DNA of 62,900 nt, counting the filler, from Octopus bimaculoides (lineage: Eukaryota), in the NCBI RefSeq assembly GCF_001194135.2. It is 4 parts of 4 records of this genome, joined end to end, with 100 filler letters (N's around TTAATTAATTAA, not from the genome) between each part and the next. Parts side by side here need not be neighbours in the genome. Positions count along the whole stretch, not along the records: positions 1 to 31,602 come from NC_068986.1; 3 more parts are not named here. The stretch is one strand, 5' to 3'. Made by a program: the position numbers and the translations under genes. Of the stretch, positions 13,011-27,399 are shown piece by piece; within the stretch, counting starts at the first letter, position 1, and each line of letters starts with the position of its first letter. The notes below the pieces were generated by a model. It saw only the letters and a program-made list of their open reading frames with translations, searched no databases and had not been told where the DNA came from.

Positions 13011-14820
13011 ATATATATATATANNNNNNNNNNNNNNNNNNNNNNNNNNNNNNNNNNNNNNNNNNNNNNNNNNNNNNNNNNNNNNNNNNNNNNNNNNNNN
13101 NNNNNNNNNNNNNNNNNNNNNNNNNNNNNNNNNNNNNNNNNNNNNNNNNNNNNNNNNNNNNNNNNNNNNNNNNNNNNNNNNNNNNNNNNNNNNNNNNNNN
13201 NNNNNNNNNNNNNNNNNNNNNNNNNNNNNNNNNNNNNNNNNNNNNNNNNNNNNNNNNNNNNNNNNNNNNNNNNNNNNNNNNNNNNNNNNNNNNNNNNNNN
13301 NNNNNNNNNNNNNNNNNNNNNNNNNNNNNNNNNNNNNNNNNNNNNNNNNNNNNNNNNNNNNNNNNNNNNNNNNNNNNNNNNNNNNNNNNNNNNNNNNNNN
13401 NNNNNNNNNNNNNNNNNNNNNNNNNNNNNNNNNNNNNNNNNNNNNNNNNNNNNNNNNNNNNNNNNNNNNNNNNNNNNNNNNNNNNNNNNNNNNNNNNNNN
13501 NNNNNNNNNNNNNNNNNNNNNNNNNNNNNNNNNNNNNNNNNNNNNNNNNNNNNNNNNNNNNNNNNNNNNNNNNNNNNNNNNNNNNNNNNNNNNNNNNNNN
13601 NNNNNNNNNNNNNNNNNNNNNNNNNNNNNNNNNNNNNNNNNNNNNNNNNNNNNNNNNNNNNNNNNNNNNNNNNNNNNNNNNNNNNNNNNNNNNNNNNNNN
13701 NNNNNNNNNNNNNNNNNNNNNNNNNNNNNNNNNNNNNNNNNNNNNNNNNNNNNNNNNNNNNNNNNNNNNNNNNNNNNNNNNNNNNNNNNNNNNNNNNNNN
13801 NNNNNNNNNNNNNNNNNNNNNNNNNNNNNNNNNNNNNNNNNNNNNNNNNNNNNNNNNNNNNNNNNNNNNNNNNNNCATACATATAAGGAAAAAGCACCCG
13901 GTGGCGTGTTTTTGAATAATATTAAGAACTATGGCTATGTTAGACACCTTATGCCAAAAATTGTTTATTTATTGCAATCATTTCTACTTCCAAAGGATAT
14001 ATCATTATACCAAATGGTAATTCTGACCAACTCCAATTGAAAGGGGGGATAATTTCCAGATTCAAGAATTTCTCCATAACTGACATACCATTAAATAAAG
14101 CGAAAAGTTTATTGGCTGGCGCGAAGAGGACAGACATGGACACTTGTTTGTGGCTTAATAACCTTCATGAGCTTCACCATTGTCCTACATTATTTCCAGT
14201 AAAGAAAGGGCATAAACTTGTGCAAAAACATTAGAAAAACTGTTACAGACTAGGTAATATGCATAATTATTTCCCCTTCTAAAGCGGAGCTGTTCAAAAT
14301 TCCCATTTGACAATTATGATACAACGAGTAGAGGCAGAGATAACTACAATAAACCAATAATTTTTAGTGTAACGTATTTAACATATCAGTGTTTGTCTAT
14401 GTTAATCAAACACATACTACTTGCCACTTGAAGTCATTTCTCTTACTGCCTTTTTGTTTAATTTATGAAAATTACCGAAGCCGTTTTGGTTTTTATCCTG
14501 TTTTGTATAACACTAAATCCTTTGGTTATTGACGATAAAGTAGAATAATTGTCGTGCTCATTGACGATACTGAGCTAGAAACACCTGTCCACGGCTATTC
14601 ACTTATCTGTAGACAATAAGCCTGTCCTTAATTTCCTTAATAGGATTCAATTATGGAGTAATCTTGAATAAAGGGATTATCTCCGCTTCTCAAATGGAGC
14701 TGGTTATAATTTCCCCCTGCTAATTATGATATAGCAGGCGGAGATAATATCAACAAATCAAGAATTTTCGATATAAGATATTGACATAACGGTATTTGCC
14801 TCTCTGTCTCACACCATGTG

Positions 14821-15029
14821 CGGTAAGTTCACCGTCATCACTTCACCACAGGGTAAGTTCACCGTCATTAGTTTACTAGAGGGCAAGTTCGCCGAAAGGA
14901 ATGTTCACTGCGAATAAAGTTCATTGCAAGGGAAGTTTAGGGAGAGATAAGTTCACAGTATAAGAATAAGAGAAACTTCATTCTCGAAATTAAAGATCAC
15001 GGTGAATTGATGGCGGTGAACTTACCTGT
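14821..15029. mobile_element. Small MITE/foldback-like element with internal repeats of its terminal motif
   Basis: The left end CGGTAAGTTCACCG recurs degenerately about 5 times; the right end CGGTGAACTTACC is its reverse complement. Confidence 0.55.
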
Positions 15030-16149
15030 AATCGCTTCACACTTTATAGATAAATATCTCTAATTAACAAAAAAAAAAATAGTTACTCTGTCAAACACAC
15101 TTTGAACCACATGAAAACGTAACACAAAAGCAAAAAATACCGCCGTTAACTTCTTGGGTAAAAATCCACACCTGAACCGTTCTCATGACAGAAGGTTTTC
15201 AAAAACTTTTTAGAATATCCAGAAAAATCTCTATATAGCAGTAAAGATATGTTGAAATAGTTCATTTTCAGCCAGATATCGATATTTGCCACAGTTTCTA
15301 CACAGCATTGTTTTTAACATGAAGTTTTTGTCACTAATGTCACATCTATCTTTGTCACGCGCGTCACACCGGGTAAATGAAAATTATGGCCAGTAATATT
15401 ATTATTATTATTATCCAGTAAACACATTCACGCTTTTTGAAATCTAAAGCCAATGAACATAAACTGCATGAGGTTTATTTTATGATTCTCAGTAGAAATT
15501 CAGAAGAATTTCCAGTTAATATTTTCAGATGAAAATAGTTTTGTTTCATGACACGTGCGTCGGCTTTTCAGATCCTCTCCCAAAACTTCAACATACATTT
15601 CTGGTATAATTTTTTTGCTTGTTTGTTTTATACTTACCTGGGTATTCCAACTTTACTTTGGAAAATGAATCAATACAATTCTTGTAAATGTTCGAGATTT
15701 ACAGATTAGATATTTCATAACGTGCTTTTCTGACTGTCACGTCATGCCAAAGTGGCTTGGATATAATATCCGTAAGAGAGCAATGAAAGCAAATTGCATT
15801 AGGACGCTTGGAAAAGTGCTACATGTAATGATTCCATCCCGCCCCCTACAAAATACACACTAAATAGCAATTTACAACCAGCGATAAACGTGGCAGTCAG
15901 GATTCATGGTTACATTCAATGCCGGTTTTATACTGTAGAAGAGAGTTTGAGAACTAACTAGTGGTGATTGCAATAGTGGAGGCAGAGGGTAATAGCTAAT
16001 ACATTTATGATTTGGGTGGAATTTCAGTTTTATAAGTGCATCAAAAATATACAAGCGTTTTGCGGAGTTCATTATACTACAAGTTAATGGTTAAATGCGA
16101 AGCCGACGTGTTATTCACTGCAGTACAAACAGATTCACACAGATAACTA

Positions 16150-16155
16150 CGCACG

Positions 16156-16201
<46 letters not shown>

Positions 16202-16270
16202 CACACGAATATATATATATATGTATTTATACATATATACATACATATATATATATATATGTATACATAT

Positions 16271-16313
<43 letters not shown>

Positions 16314-17154
16314 CATACATATATATGTATGTATATATACGTATATATTTTCACAGAGACGCATTTATATGTATGTACTTCTGTATGTATTTGTGTATAT
16401 CAATTTGATTAAATGACCTCTGCATGGGTTCACGAATGTGAATCGACTGAACTCAACAAATTCTTGATGAAAGCGTACGAAGTGAACGCAGTGCGTTATA
16501 TTAACATTTTCTATGTAGAAAAGCAGAGATAGAGCCGTAATAATACATTGTACAGAGAACGATACAAACAGAAACATGTGGTCACATTCCTTTCTGCAGT
16601 AAATATTTAGAAAATAGCCCGAAAACATTTTTTTTTTTAATATTTCCATCGTGTTTCATATCTTCGATACACGGCAGCACTTCTAATTGTTTAGTCAATT
16701 TGTTAAAAGATAAATGGAACTTTAGAGAAGCATTGCTTGCTCAATGAGTTTTGTGATCGCAGATCATATAAATATATTCTACATACGTAGAAACATATAT
16801 ACACATGTATACATATATATATATATGCATATATATGTGCATCAATCGGCACAGGAGGAAAGAGTGAGAGAGAAAAGCGATAGAGAGGGAGATGGAGAAA
16901 GTGCGTGATAGAAAGAATGATGGGGTAAAGACAGTGGAAAAGAAAGGGACTGGATTTCATCATACGCTCATTCGTATTTGCAAATAAAACCGGAAAGATT
17001 TTTTTCCTTTTCCTCCATTTCGAGCTAATAGTTATTCCGTTTTAGAAATGAACCTCTTAATCGACGTGTAATGTATGGTCAAACACATTTGACTCTCTTC
17101 TCTCTTTCATATTATTATATATACATACATATATATATACATGCATATATACAT

Positions 17155-17195
<41 letters not shown>

Positions 17196-17304
17196 CATAT
17201 TTGTGGGTGTGTGTGTGTAAATATATATGCATAAGTGTATATATGTATTTTTATACATTTATATATATATACATAAACGTACATATATGCACNNNNNNNN
17301 NNAT

Positions 17305-17349
<45 letters not shown>

Positions 17350-17494
17350 CATATTTGTGGGTGTGTGTGTGTAAATATATATGCATATGTGTATATATGT
17401 ATTTTTATACATTTATATATATATACATAAACGTACATATATGCATACATACATGCATACATACACACACACACATACACACACACACACACAG

Positions 17495-17532
<38 letters not shown>

Positions 17533-17597
17533 ATGTATACATGCGTTCATACAAACATATAGACATGTGTAAATATATAATATATATATATAAGTAC

Positions 17598-17629
<32 letters not shown>

Positions 17630-17929
17630 TTGTGTGTGTGTGTGTGCGTGCGTATGCGTGTGTGCGAATGTATGTATTTAAATTAATTAGGAGGTAATAG
17701 AAATTGGAGGCATTTTGCATTTGTACCTTTGGCTTTGCATTTGCATACAGAGATAAAAGCAAATCCGTGAATCACACACACAAACACACACATATATATC
17801 TGTGTGTATATATATGTTTGTATATATATATATATATATATGTATATATGTGTGTATACATACATACGTATATACAACAACATGCACACACATACATACA
17901 TACAGGTATATATATATATATATATATAT
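16150..17929. repeat. Clusters of (CA)n/(TA)n/(TG)n/(TACA)n microsatellites, with unique sequence at ~16400-17100
   Basis: Directly visible; source of the HT/YI/CV-repeat ORFs. Confidence 0.9.
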
Positions 17930-19109
17930 NNNNNNNNNNNNNNNNNNNNNNNNNNNNNNNNNNNNNNNNNNNNNNNNNNNNNNNNNNNNNNNNNNNNNNN
18001 NNNNNNNNNNNNNNNNNNNNNNNNNNNNNNNNNNNNNNNNNNNNNNNNNNNNNNNNNNNNNNNNNNNNNNNNNNNNNNNNNNNNNNNNNNNNNNNNNNNN
18101 NNNNNNNNNNNNNNNNNNNNNNNNNNNNNNNNNNNNNNNNNNNNNNNNNNNNNNNNNNNNNNNNNNNNNNNNNNNNNNNNNNNNNNNNNNNNNNNNNNNN
18201 NNNNNNNNNNNNNNNNTATATATATATATGATTACGAACGGGAGTCAATAGTAGGAACAGTGTGATGTGGAATTGTTCAAACGGAATATAATAAATGTGC
18301 CGGAACCTTTCGCCCATTGCGAACTATTACACTATTACACCATCTAAAGGAGAACCAACAAGAGCAACAACATAAACAAGCGCAACTAAAAGCAAAAATA
18401 CAACATTACAAAAATGAAACACATCAATGAAATTGATTTCCTAATCCGGTATGTTGCATGTGATTGTTAGGACTGAGTGTTTGACTTCACAAATGGAGTA
18501 AATTATCGTTTCTCAATGTCATGAAAGAAGGGAAGCAATATAGTGTAGGAAACTTGGATTGGGTCTGAAAAGAATTTACCGATATTCTAAGATCCTGATT
18601 TCTGTTTAATGATTCTGATTTCTGATTTCTCTTTAATGATTCTGATTTCTGATTTCTGTATAATACCTCTAATATGTACAGAATTATACATTGCTATAAT
18701 ATTAATCGTTCTTTGTTTCACCGACCTCAGAAGCTTAAATAACAACGTCGCGCCCGGTGAGATTTAGAATCAGAACATAAAGAGCCGTAACTGAATATGA
18801 TTTATACATTAGAAATAAGGTCATACATTTTATGCGCGTATGTAGCCGATTGTGACCTCCCCACTTTATATTATGGAATCCAGAATGATGAAAGGCGATC
18901 TCAGTCACCGCTGGAATTTGCAGTCTGACATTCAGTATACATAACAGTATATTGAATGAAATTTAATCTGGCACCTTACGGCTCTTGTTAAATCAATCAG
19001 CTTCATTGCGGGCACAGTTGCACAAATCTAAAGGGGAATGTATAGTCGATTGCAGGTCGTCCCAGAAATACATATTCATTGATGTTTCTTAATTATTCAA
19101 AATAAACTT

Positions 19110-19375
19110 AAGGTGTGATAATGAAACTTGGCACACGCATTCTAATTTAAATTGTCAATCGAAATGCATTAATTGCATCTCAAAATGACCACCTCTCGCC
19201 TTGATCATAGCCTGCAGATAGGTTGTCACTGAGATGCATGAGCACCGTACCACTTCTTTACCAAACTTGATTCATGAAAACAGAATGGCTTTCTTCAGAT
19301 CTGACACGTTTGGATAGTAGCGAGCAAAGTCCACGTGATTGATGTCTGGGCTTGAGAGCGGCCATATCGTCTAAA
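19110..19375 (-). mobile_element. Tc1/mariner transposase 3' fragment
   Basis: Minus strand reads WPLSSPDINHVDF...YPNVSDLKKAI...LQAMIKARGGHFE (SPDLNPxD and GGHFE terminal motifs). Confidence 0.65.
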
Positions 19376-20234
19376 GATAGGTAGATAGATAGCTGGATAG
19401 ATAGATATTGATATATAATATATATGATATATATATATGTATGCATATATGATAGACGTATGTTTATGTATGTATGTATGTATGTATGTATGTACATATG
19501 TATATATATGTATATATTTACATTTATTCATACACACAATTTTATCCACACATACACACATGCACACACACTCTCTGTAGAAATCGTAGAAGACATATGG
19601 CGAAAATTCCAGACAGTGGGACTGAAACCAAGGCTATATGCCAGGCAATCAAGTTTCTCAACTCTTCATTAACACGTGTAAAAACGGATAAGTATTACAC
19701 ACACGATAAAAAGCACAGGTATATATACAAACACATACGTTTATACACATGTGTATGTGCGAAGGCTGAAATAGGGAATGTTTGTGTGCGCGCGTATGTG
19801 TGTGTGTGTGTGTGTGTGTGTTTGTGTGTCTATGTTTGTCCTCCCACCATAGCTTGACAACTAATGTTGGTNNNNNNNNNNNNNNNNNNNNNNNNNNNNN
19901 NNNNNNNNNNNNNNNNNNNNNNNNNNNNNNNNNNNNNNNNNNNNNNNNNNNNNNNNNNNNNNNNNNNNNNNNNNNNNNNNNNNNNNNNNNNNNNNNNNNN
20001 NNNNNNNNNNNNNNNNNNNNNNNNNNNNNNNNNNNNNNNNNNNNNNNNNNNNNNNNNNNNNNNNNNNNNNNNNNNNNNNNNNNNNNNNNNNNNNNNNNNN
20101 NNNNNNNNNNNNNNNNNNNNNNNNNNNNNNNNNNNNNNNNNNNNAGGTGCAGACATACATACGTATGTGAATATACATTCACACAAATACAAGCACGTAT
20201 ACAGCAATATACATTCACACGCGCGCGCCCACTT

Positions 20235-20610
20235 ATGCGTGACTCTGTTAAGAAGCTTACTTTCTAACCACATAGTTCTGGGCTCAGTTCCATTGATTGG
20301 CACCTTGGGCAAGTGTCTTCTATTATAACCTCGGGCCGACGAAAACTGAAAGAAGCCCGTCGTATATATATATATCTGTATGTGTGTGTGTGTGTGTGTG
20401 TGTGTTTGTGTGTCTATGTTTGTCCTCCCACCATAGCTTGACAACTAATGTTGGTGTGTTCACATCCCCGTAACTTAGCGGTTCGGTAAAAGGACCGATA
20501 GAATAAGTACTAGGCTTGCGAAGTATAAGTCCTGGGGTCGATTTGTGCGACTAAAGTTGGTGCTCCAGCATGACCACAGTCAAATGACTGAAACTAATAA
20601 AAAATAAAAG
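20235..20610 (+). mobile_element. Near full-length tRNA-derived SINE
   Basis: Same head, internal microsatellite and tail as 12571-13010 and 59825-60240. Confidence 0.85.
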
Positions 20611-21499
20611 AATAAACAGTCCTCCCATCCTCTCTTTCTCATACACACATACGGTAGCAATTCTCAAGATTTTGTGTTCGAGCTGCGTGTTTCTCGGATT
20701 TTCGGAACGCCCTAATGCAATTTATGTATCCTAAAAATTCGGACATTCACACATTTGTGACTGAACAGCATTTGGTATATGAAATGTAAAATTTTTCTTC
20801 ATTTTCTTCATCTAATTTTTAAAGGGCACAATGTCATGAGAAGCTAGTAATTATATATTGAATGCAAACATTGCTTTGATCTATTCCAGCTTTGTCGGAA
20901 ACAGGCTAGAAAAGAATCGTTTATTTACGAAAATAGAATAAAATTGCTTATTGATGAAAATTAATAAAATCATCTGCCCACGCAAAATATTGTTTCTGGC
21001 GATCGAAAATCAATGGTGAGTATAATGATCACGAAGACAATTTTCTGCTAATTTATCGTTGTGAACAAACCGATGCCGGGTCAGTTATTTTCATCATGTC
21101 GCCTTATACAAAAGGTGCGTTTGTAGGCCTTTTTTTTTTTATATAAGACGTTTTTGCTATATATTACTTTCCGAGTTCAAATCCCGTTGTGGGTGACATT
21201 ACATTTCATTCTGCCACCTTCGATAAAATAAAATACAAGTTACTTTCTTGAGTCGATATAATTTGTTTTTCTTTCATTCAAAATTGTGACCTTGTGTCTA
21301 TGTCAGAAATCATTATATATTATGCAATCAAAAATGAGTAGAAAACATAAAAATCATAATGATATTTTAAGTGCAAGAAACAAATCAACTGAGTTAAATA
21401 TGGATAATATTAACTGTTCTGAAAATAATCGGTAACTAATTTTAATCTTCAGTAAAGAGGAATTCGAGAATTAACCAGCCAAATGTTTGTTTTCTTGTT

Positions 21500-22700
21500 T
21501 TCCAGTTATAAACGATATTAACTAAATTAAAATGCAGGGAATATGTCGGTGTGTGTTGTGTGTAAAACAGATGAAAACCGGGTATAATGACAGAAAAATG
21601 AAAATCCCATTGAAAGCAGGGAGTTCATTCAATGTGGTTATGAATCTTGCTATAATTCAAGATAAGGATATCATTTATAAGAAGATTTGAAGAAACATAC
21701 AGAACAACTACAGCTACTTCAGAATTTCACGCAAGCAAGGGATAGTTTGAAAAGTTCAAGGAAGCACTGTTTGCATCTTAAACTGATAAAAAAGATAGCA
21801 AGTACAGGTAGAGAAGCATTTGTTGAAGGAGGTTGAATTGTTCAGCATATTTCTGGAAGAACATATCTGCTAAAGAGGAAAATGTTTTCGAGTATAACGC
21901 AGTTAGGGAAAACTGACGTTACTTGTTTATTACAATGTATCTGGTTGCCTTAAACTGGATCCAACGTTATTGTAGCATGCTGAAAATCGTACAAGTTTGA
22001 AAGCGTAGTTTATAGGAACGATATCAGTCATTTAGAAATCAAAAAAATAATATATATATATATATATATATATAATGTATTGAGTTTCTACAGTTATGCT
22101 TCAAGATTATTTTAATGTTAATTTTCTTGCTGCAATTAAAGAATATTGTGCCAAGAATAATTTATCATTTAAGACATTGCTAGAAGTAGATAATACCGCC
22201 ACTCATTCTAAAGTACTGCATAAATTTATCCTGAAAGGAAAGTGATATATATGCTTCTAAACAGCAAAAGAAATATTCAGCCAATGGATCAAACAATGAC
22301 TCACCAAAGCGAGTGATAAGGGAGATAAGCCTAATCCAAATGAGTTGAAAAGTTTAAACTATTTGTAATGCTATCAATAATAGTGGAGCCCTTGGAATGA
22401 GAAAAGAGAATGAACAATATAAAACGTTATGACTGTTTTAAAACCATATTTTAAAGAAGGAAACTGTACAGCTTATGAATCATTTTGATTTGTAGGTCAC
22501 TGGTGAAGATGTGAATGAACGAAATTGCCTCCCATTCAGATTTTACGACTAAAGAAAATTTAAATTGGCAATGCAAGAAGGAAATAAATATGGTAATGTT
22601 GAAGAGAAACTCGTTTCTATCAAATTTTCAACAGTGAAGAAAATGTATGAGGATTTTTTCATACCTTGGACAAAAGATGTCTGGTGTTCAAAAACCGTTT
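21500..22700 (+). mobile_element. Heavily decayed Tigger/pogo (DDE_1) transposase relic
   Basis: Broken frames retain LEVDNTATHS (cf. LLxDNAPxH) and NIQPMDQ (cf. LIQPMDQ). Boundaries are approximate. Confidence 0.6.
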
Positions 22701-23949
22701 GATGTGTTAAAGAAAAATGCTAATTCATCTATAAAACGGTATTGTTAATTTAGTTTTATTGACCATAATTTTCTCGTATTATATCATGAGATTAGTACTC
22801 CTATATATTTTATTTCTGGAATTTATCCAATAACTCAGAAGAGGATATGTATATATATGTGTGTGTTGTTTGAAGAATTTCTTATGGTTGAAGCGTGGAA
22901 CTTCCACAGAGAAACTTAATAACATAAATGTAAAGGGGGCCTTTTAATTTATATGTAATATAATTCAATGACAACGCCACAGTTTACCAAACAGCACCAG
23001 ACTGTTACACGCTGGCATTGAGTCTGCGTTTACGATTATACCAACCAAAATACAACCGTTGTTGTTACCTGTGGTCCATTAGCGAATGCTGTAATAAATA
23101 GAAATAATAAATAACACACAGGTATAAATATTTGTGACGAAATGTTGGCTATCGAGTAACTTATTCCAGTCTTTATAGTTTCACAAACCTATTAGAAAAT
23201 CATGTCAAATGAACAGTAGAATGATCCTCGCAATGAACAATAACTGGCTTTTAAAAATCTCTTTATTTCTTTGCGTTGTTCTTATTTAAATCTTTCTAGT
23301 AAGTGAAAATATTCACTTTGATCAGGGATTTGACCATTTGAAATAAGATATATTTACCTTCAATTAACAGTCAGCTGAGTCGATACCATTGTATCTGTGA
23401 TACTTGTTAAATTGAGCACAATACTATATTAAAGATAATACAGTACAGATAATAATACATTGTTACAGCTAGAATATACAACATAACACGGGTATCGATA
23501 ACTACAACAACAAAAATAAAAACGATGACAAAGAATTACATTTTTAATCATAGTAGCAAAATAAGGAATTCCCTTGAAAGAAAAGTGCATTTTTCTTGTG
23601 GAATAGGCATATAGGTGATTCGCTGGAAGCAAGTTTATCGTGAGAATTTTATTGTCTGAACCGAAGGAATATGAAAAACCTAAACCGAGTGAGATTTGAA
23701 CACAGGAAAGAAACAGATATAGTAGTCCGCCTCATGAAGTAATGTACCGTTTCGGTTATCGCCACTACTATAACAAATATACAAAGTTGCCGCATATTTT
23801 GGTTATATGAGTCAGGGCTTATTGTTATTCGGAAATGAATTAATACAGTACTATGCATGCTATCTGACAATCTGAGCAACTATTTGAATTGTGCAGCGAG
23901 GAGGTAATAATTTAGGATGGTCAATGTAGGGAATTAATGCAGTGACTCT

Positions 23950-24700
23950 TGTGTCAACAGTGTCATCAAGTTAAAACTGTTTCAAAGTGGTCAACTGACG
24001 CCAGTATTCTCTTGTATGACTAATGCACTAATTAGAACCGACACTGATATTTTTTGAGGTCGTTAAAAGCTACAGCGATCAAATTAGTATATATCAAAAC
24101 TGTGAGCCAAGTTCAAACAGCTAGAAGAAAGACAATCAATTAATGGTCCATTTGGCTTGCTGCCACTGACGTCGATAACTGATTAAGTAAATAGACTAAA
24201 TGAAGATTTCTCAACTGAAATCACAGCTTTTCATTTGCTGTCTCAACTATTTCAATCTTGACACAGGGGATTTGCTAATATTTTTTGCGTAAAATATGTT
24301 GTTTAGATTTGAATAGGATATTATGTGAATATTAATAAAGGTACATCGGAATATTTAATTCTTCAGCGATCGAAACAATGCTGAAATTGTTTATTGAGAC
24401 TCGCCCACTATTATAAAGGCTAATTAAACCCAAATCCTTTTCTAAAACCTTCTCTTTCGGCGAGACACTGTAGTTCAGCCATTAATAATGCAAATCACCG
24501 CCATTATATCTGATTATAACTGTTTGCAATATTTCCGATAAATTCTGCATGAGAACATTGTCTTCAGTTTGGGCCGAGGTCAAATTCCGTTTTGCATTGT
24601 CAATTGATGAGGCAACTAACAACCTTTAATGACTACCTAACAGCATTAATATTTGTATTTTCATTACAAACGTTTGGATATTACTGAATTGATATAAATT
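23950..24700 (+). mobile_element. Decayed hAT (Charlie/Buster-like) transposase relic
   Basis: VKFRFALSIDEATN at ~24580-24620 (cf. FSLQLDESTD) with LIKP upstream; many stops. Boundaries are approximate. Confidence 0.45.
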
Positions 24701-25014
24701 ACAAATCGGTTGTTTGAAACTATTGTTTCGTTCTTTTTGTTTATTCAAGTCATGAATGTATTCATTCTAGTGGCGGCGACAGACCACCTCTCCCTCATAT
24801 ATTTCCACCCAGTCTAACCCTTCCACTTCTACCACATCAATGATTTTGTCTTACTCTGCATCTCTCTTCAATTTATTCCTTTCAATGATTTCAGTCTCTT
24901 TATCTCTTTCCATATTCCCTCGTTATCACTTCATTTATCTCTCTCTTTTTCCTCTCTTTGTCTCTGTCTTTGTCTCTCTCGCTCTCTATCTCTCTCTNNN
25001 NNNNNNNTCTCTCT

Positions 25015-25053
<39 letters not shown>

Positions 25054-26387
25054 CCTCTCTTTCTTACAGTTTCTTTTTCGATTTTATATAACTTTTCTGT
25101 CTTTAAAAACTCTTCTGATCACTTACCTCAAATGTGTTTATTACTTCATTCCTACCTTTCTAACTTTCCAACGTATTGTTTCGCTTCTTGCACTGCTTCC
25201 CCCACCATACATACATACATACATACATACATGCACATATATATACATACATATATATATACACATACACATACACACACACACACACGCACACNNNNNN
25301 NNNNNNNNNNNNNNNNNNNNNNNNNNNNNNNNNNNNNNNNNNNNNNNNNNNNNNNNNNNNNNNNNNNNNNNNNNNNNNNNNNNNNNNNNNNNNNNNNNNN
25401 NNNNNNNNNNNNNNNNNNNNNNNNNNNNNNNNNNNNNNNNNNNNNNNNNNNNNNNNNNNNNNNNNNNNNNNNNNNNNNNNNNNNNNNNNNNNNNNNNNNN
25501 NNNNNNNNNNNNNNNNNNNNNNNNNNNNNNNNNNNNNNNNNNNNNNNNNNNNNNNNNNNNNNNNNNNNNNNNNNNNNNNNNNNNNNNNNNNNNNNNNNNN
25601 NNNNNNNNNNNNNNNNNNNNNNNNNNNNNNNNNNNNNNNNNNNNNNNNNNNNNNNNNNNNNNNNNNNNNNNNNNNNNNNNNNNNNNNNNNNNNNNNNNNN
25701 NNNNNNNNNNNNNNNNNNNNNNNNNNNNNNNNNNNNNNNNNNNNNNNNNNNNNNNNNNNNNNNNNNNNNNNNNNNNNNNNNNNNNNNNNNNNNNNNNNNN
25801 NNNNNNNNNNNNNNNNNNNNNNNNNNNNNNNNNNNNNNNNNNNNNNNNNNNNNNNNNNNNNNNNNNNNNNNNNNNNNNNNNNNNNNNNNNNNNNNNNNNN
25901 NNNNNNNNNNNNNNNNNNNNNNNNNNNNNNNNNNNNNNNNNNNNNNNNNNNNNNNNNNNNNNNNNNNNNNNNNNNNNNNNNNNNNNNNNNNNNNNNNNNN
26001 NNNNNNNNNNNNNNNNNNNNNNNNNNNNNNNNNNNNNNNNNATACATACATACATACATACATACATACATACATACATACAAACATGTGCGAGTATGTA
26101 TGCACCTCGATTAGCACTCAAGATACGTCGCAGGGTTAAATGAAAGAGCGGTATTATGCGGGGTTAATATAACAAACAAAGACACTAGTTTGGCAAGCGC
26201 TTTTTAGCAGTAATATTAAAAATAGAATGAGATAACATTAATAACATAATATTAAAACAGAATGAGATAACATTCAGGAGAAGACTGAAATATCTCGTTT
26301 CTTTCTTAATGGCTTAATATTTCTAGAAAACCCTAATCAATATATTACACAAACTAATCTAAATCTATGATGAAATTAGGAATGAAG

Positions 26388-26990
26388 TTAGACAGTTTTT
26401 GTCGACCTTGCTTCTAGAGAAGTTAGTTTTTTCTTGTTAAGAGATGAAAGTGCTGTATAGTAGCCATTTCTAGAACAGGCTGATTCATCTACATTGAATG
26501 TATTATCAGTAGGGTAATTTCCACGATTGATGACACTGTTAACAACATTAGAAATTACATCAGCTGCCTCGCTGTCTATACTTACAGCTTCACTGTTTGA
26601 ATTTATCAAACCAGCTTCTAATAGCTGCGAAAGCATTGTCATTTATTTCCTTGTGCCTGACGATGTTTCTTGGTTTATCTATTATTGTTGGCTAAATAAT
26701 ACCTTGTGTTGCATTGCGTAGTCTAAACAAGCATGTTTAACATTTTTCCAAAGATTTATTCCTCCCATGTGCCAACTTGTTTCCTGATAACAAAGCAGTC
26801 GTCATGTTAACAGACTTTATTTTGTTCCTTGTTTTAATTGACGGTTGTAATCGTTGATATTGCCAATCTTCAAGTCTTACATGCATCTACCGTTCGCTAT
26901 CTTCCAACCATTTCAACAATTTTAAATTCAGTCTGGTGGTTGTCTTCAGCATCTTAATTCAACGTAGTGTACCCGGAGGTGTCAGCCGTT
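26388..26990 (-). mobile_element. Decayed Tigger/pogo transposase relic
   Basis: ORF 26388-26642 contains AVSIDSEAADV...INRGNYPTDNTFNVDESA, matching the pogo/Tigger motif AxxDxEAA...GYxxxQIFNxDETG. Confidence 0.6.
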
Positions 26991-27399
26991 TTACACTCAT
27001 GATAGGTAAAAGAACATTATGTAAACAATTTAGGTGAATGGAGGAGTATATATAAATGTAAGTCATAATTTCTTGTCACGTTATTATTTTCTTGTTTTTA
27101 GAAAACATTTGTTTCGTTTTCTGAGGGAGAAATTGCACTTCTTTCCTCTGCATTTACATTTGTTTTTAAGAAAGCAATGAAGATATTCCAGAGATTTTTC
27201 GTTATTTTTCTATATAAAGATAAGATAAAAAAAAAACTGTCTCTCTCCTGATTGACCTCGAGTGATCTGAAAGACTCCAAGAGCCTGCAGTGTGGGACCT
27301 TCTTTTATATATTCAGCCAACTGTTAACTTCTTTCTTATTCTTAGCTCATTTAGTATCCGGCTATTAATATACAACAGATCAACAGTTCCATTTGATGT

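Noticed and set aside
14465-14548. MKITEAVLVFILFCITLNPLVIDDKVE as a signal-peptide exon
   Set aside because: No good phase-1 donor, and no downstream exon could be linked.
15630-15640. ATACTTACCTG as a U1 snRNA 5' end
   Set aside because: The downstream sequence does not continue as U1. It is just a consensus minus-strand donor (CAG|GTAAGTAT), and no convincing coding exon precedes it.
12660-20455. Direct repeats flanking small gaps (12660-12740, 17120-17460, 19780-19871 vs 20370-20455)
   Set aside because: The same sequence sits on both sides of an N gap, so these are most likely overlapping contig ends or allelic redundancy.
26388-26642. Possible host-gene exon
   Set aside because: The NTFNVDESA motif and the broken flanking frames identify it as a Tigger/pogo relic.
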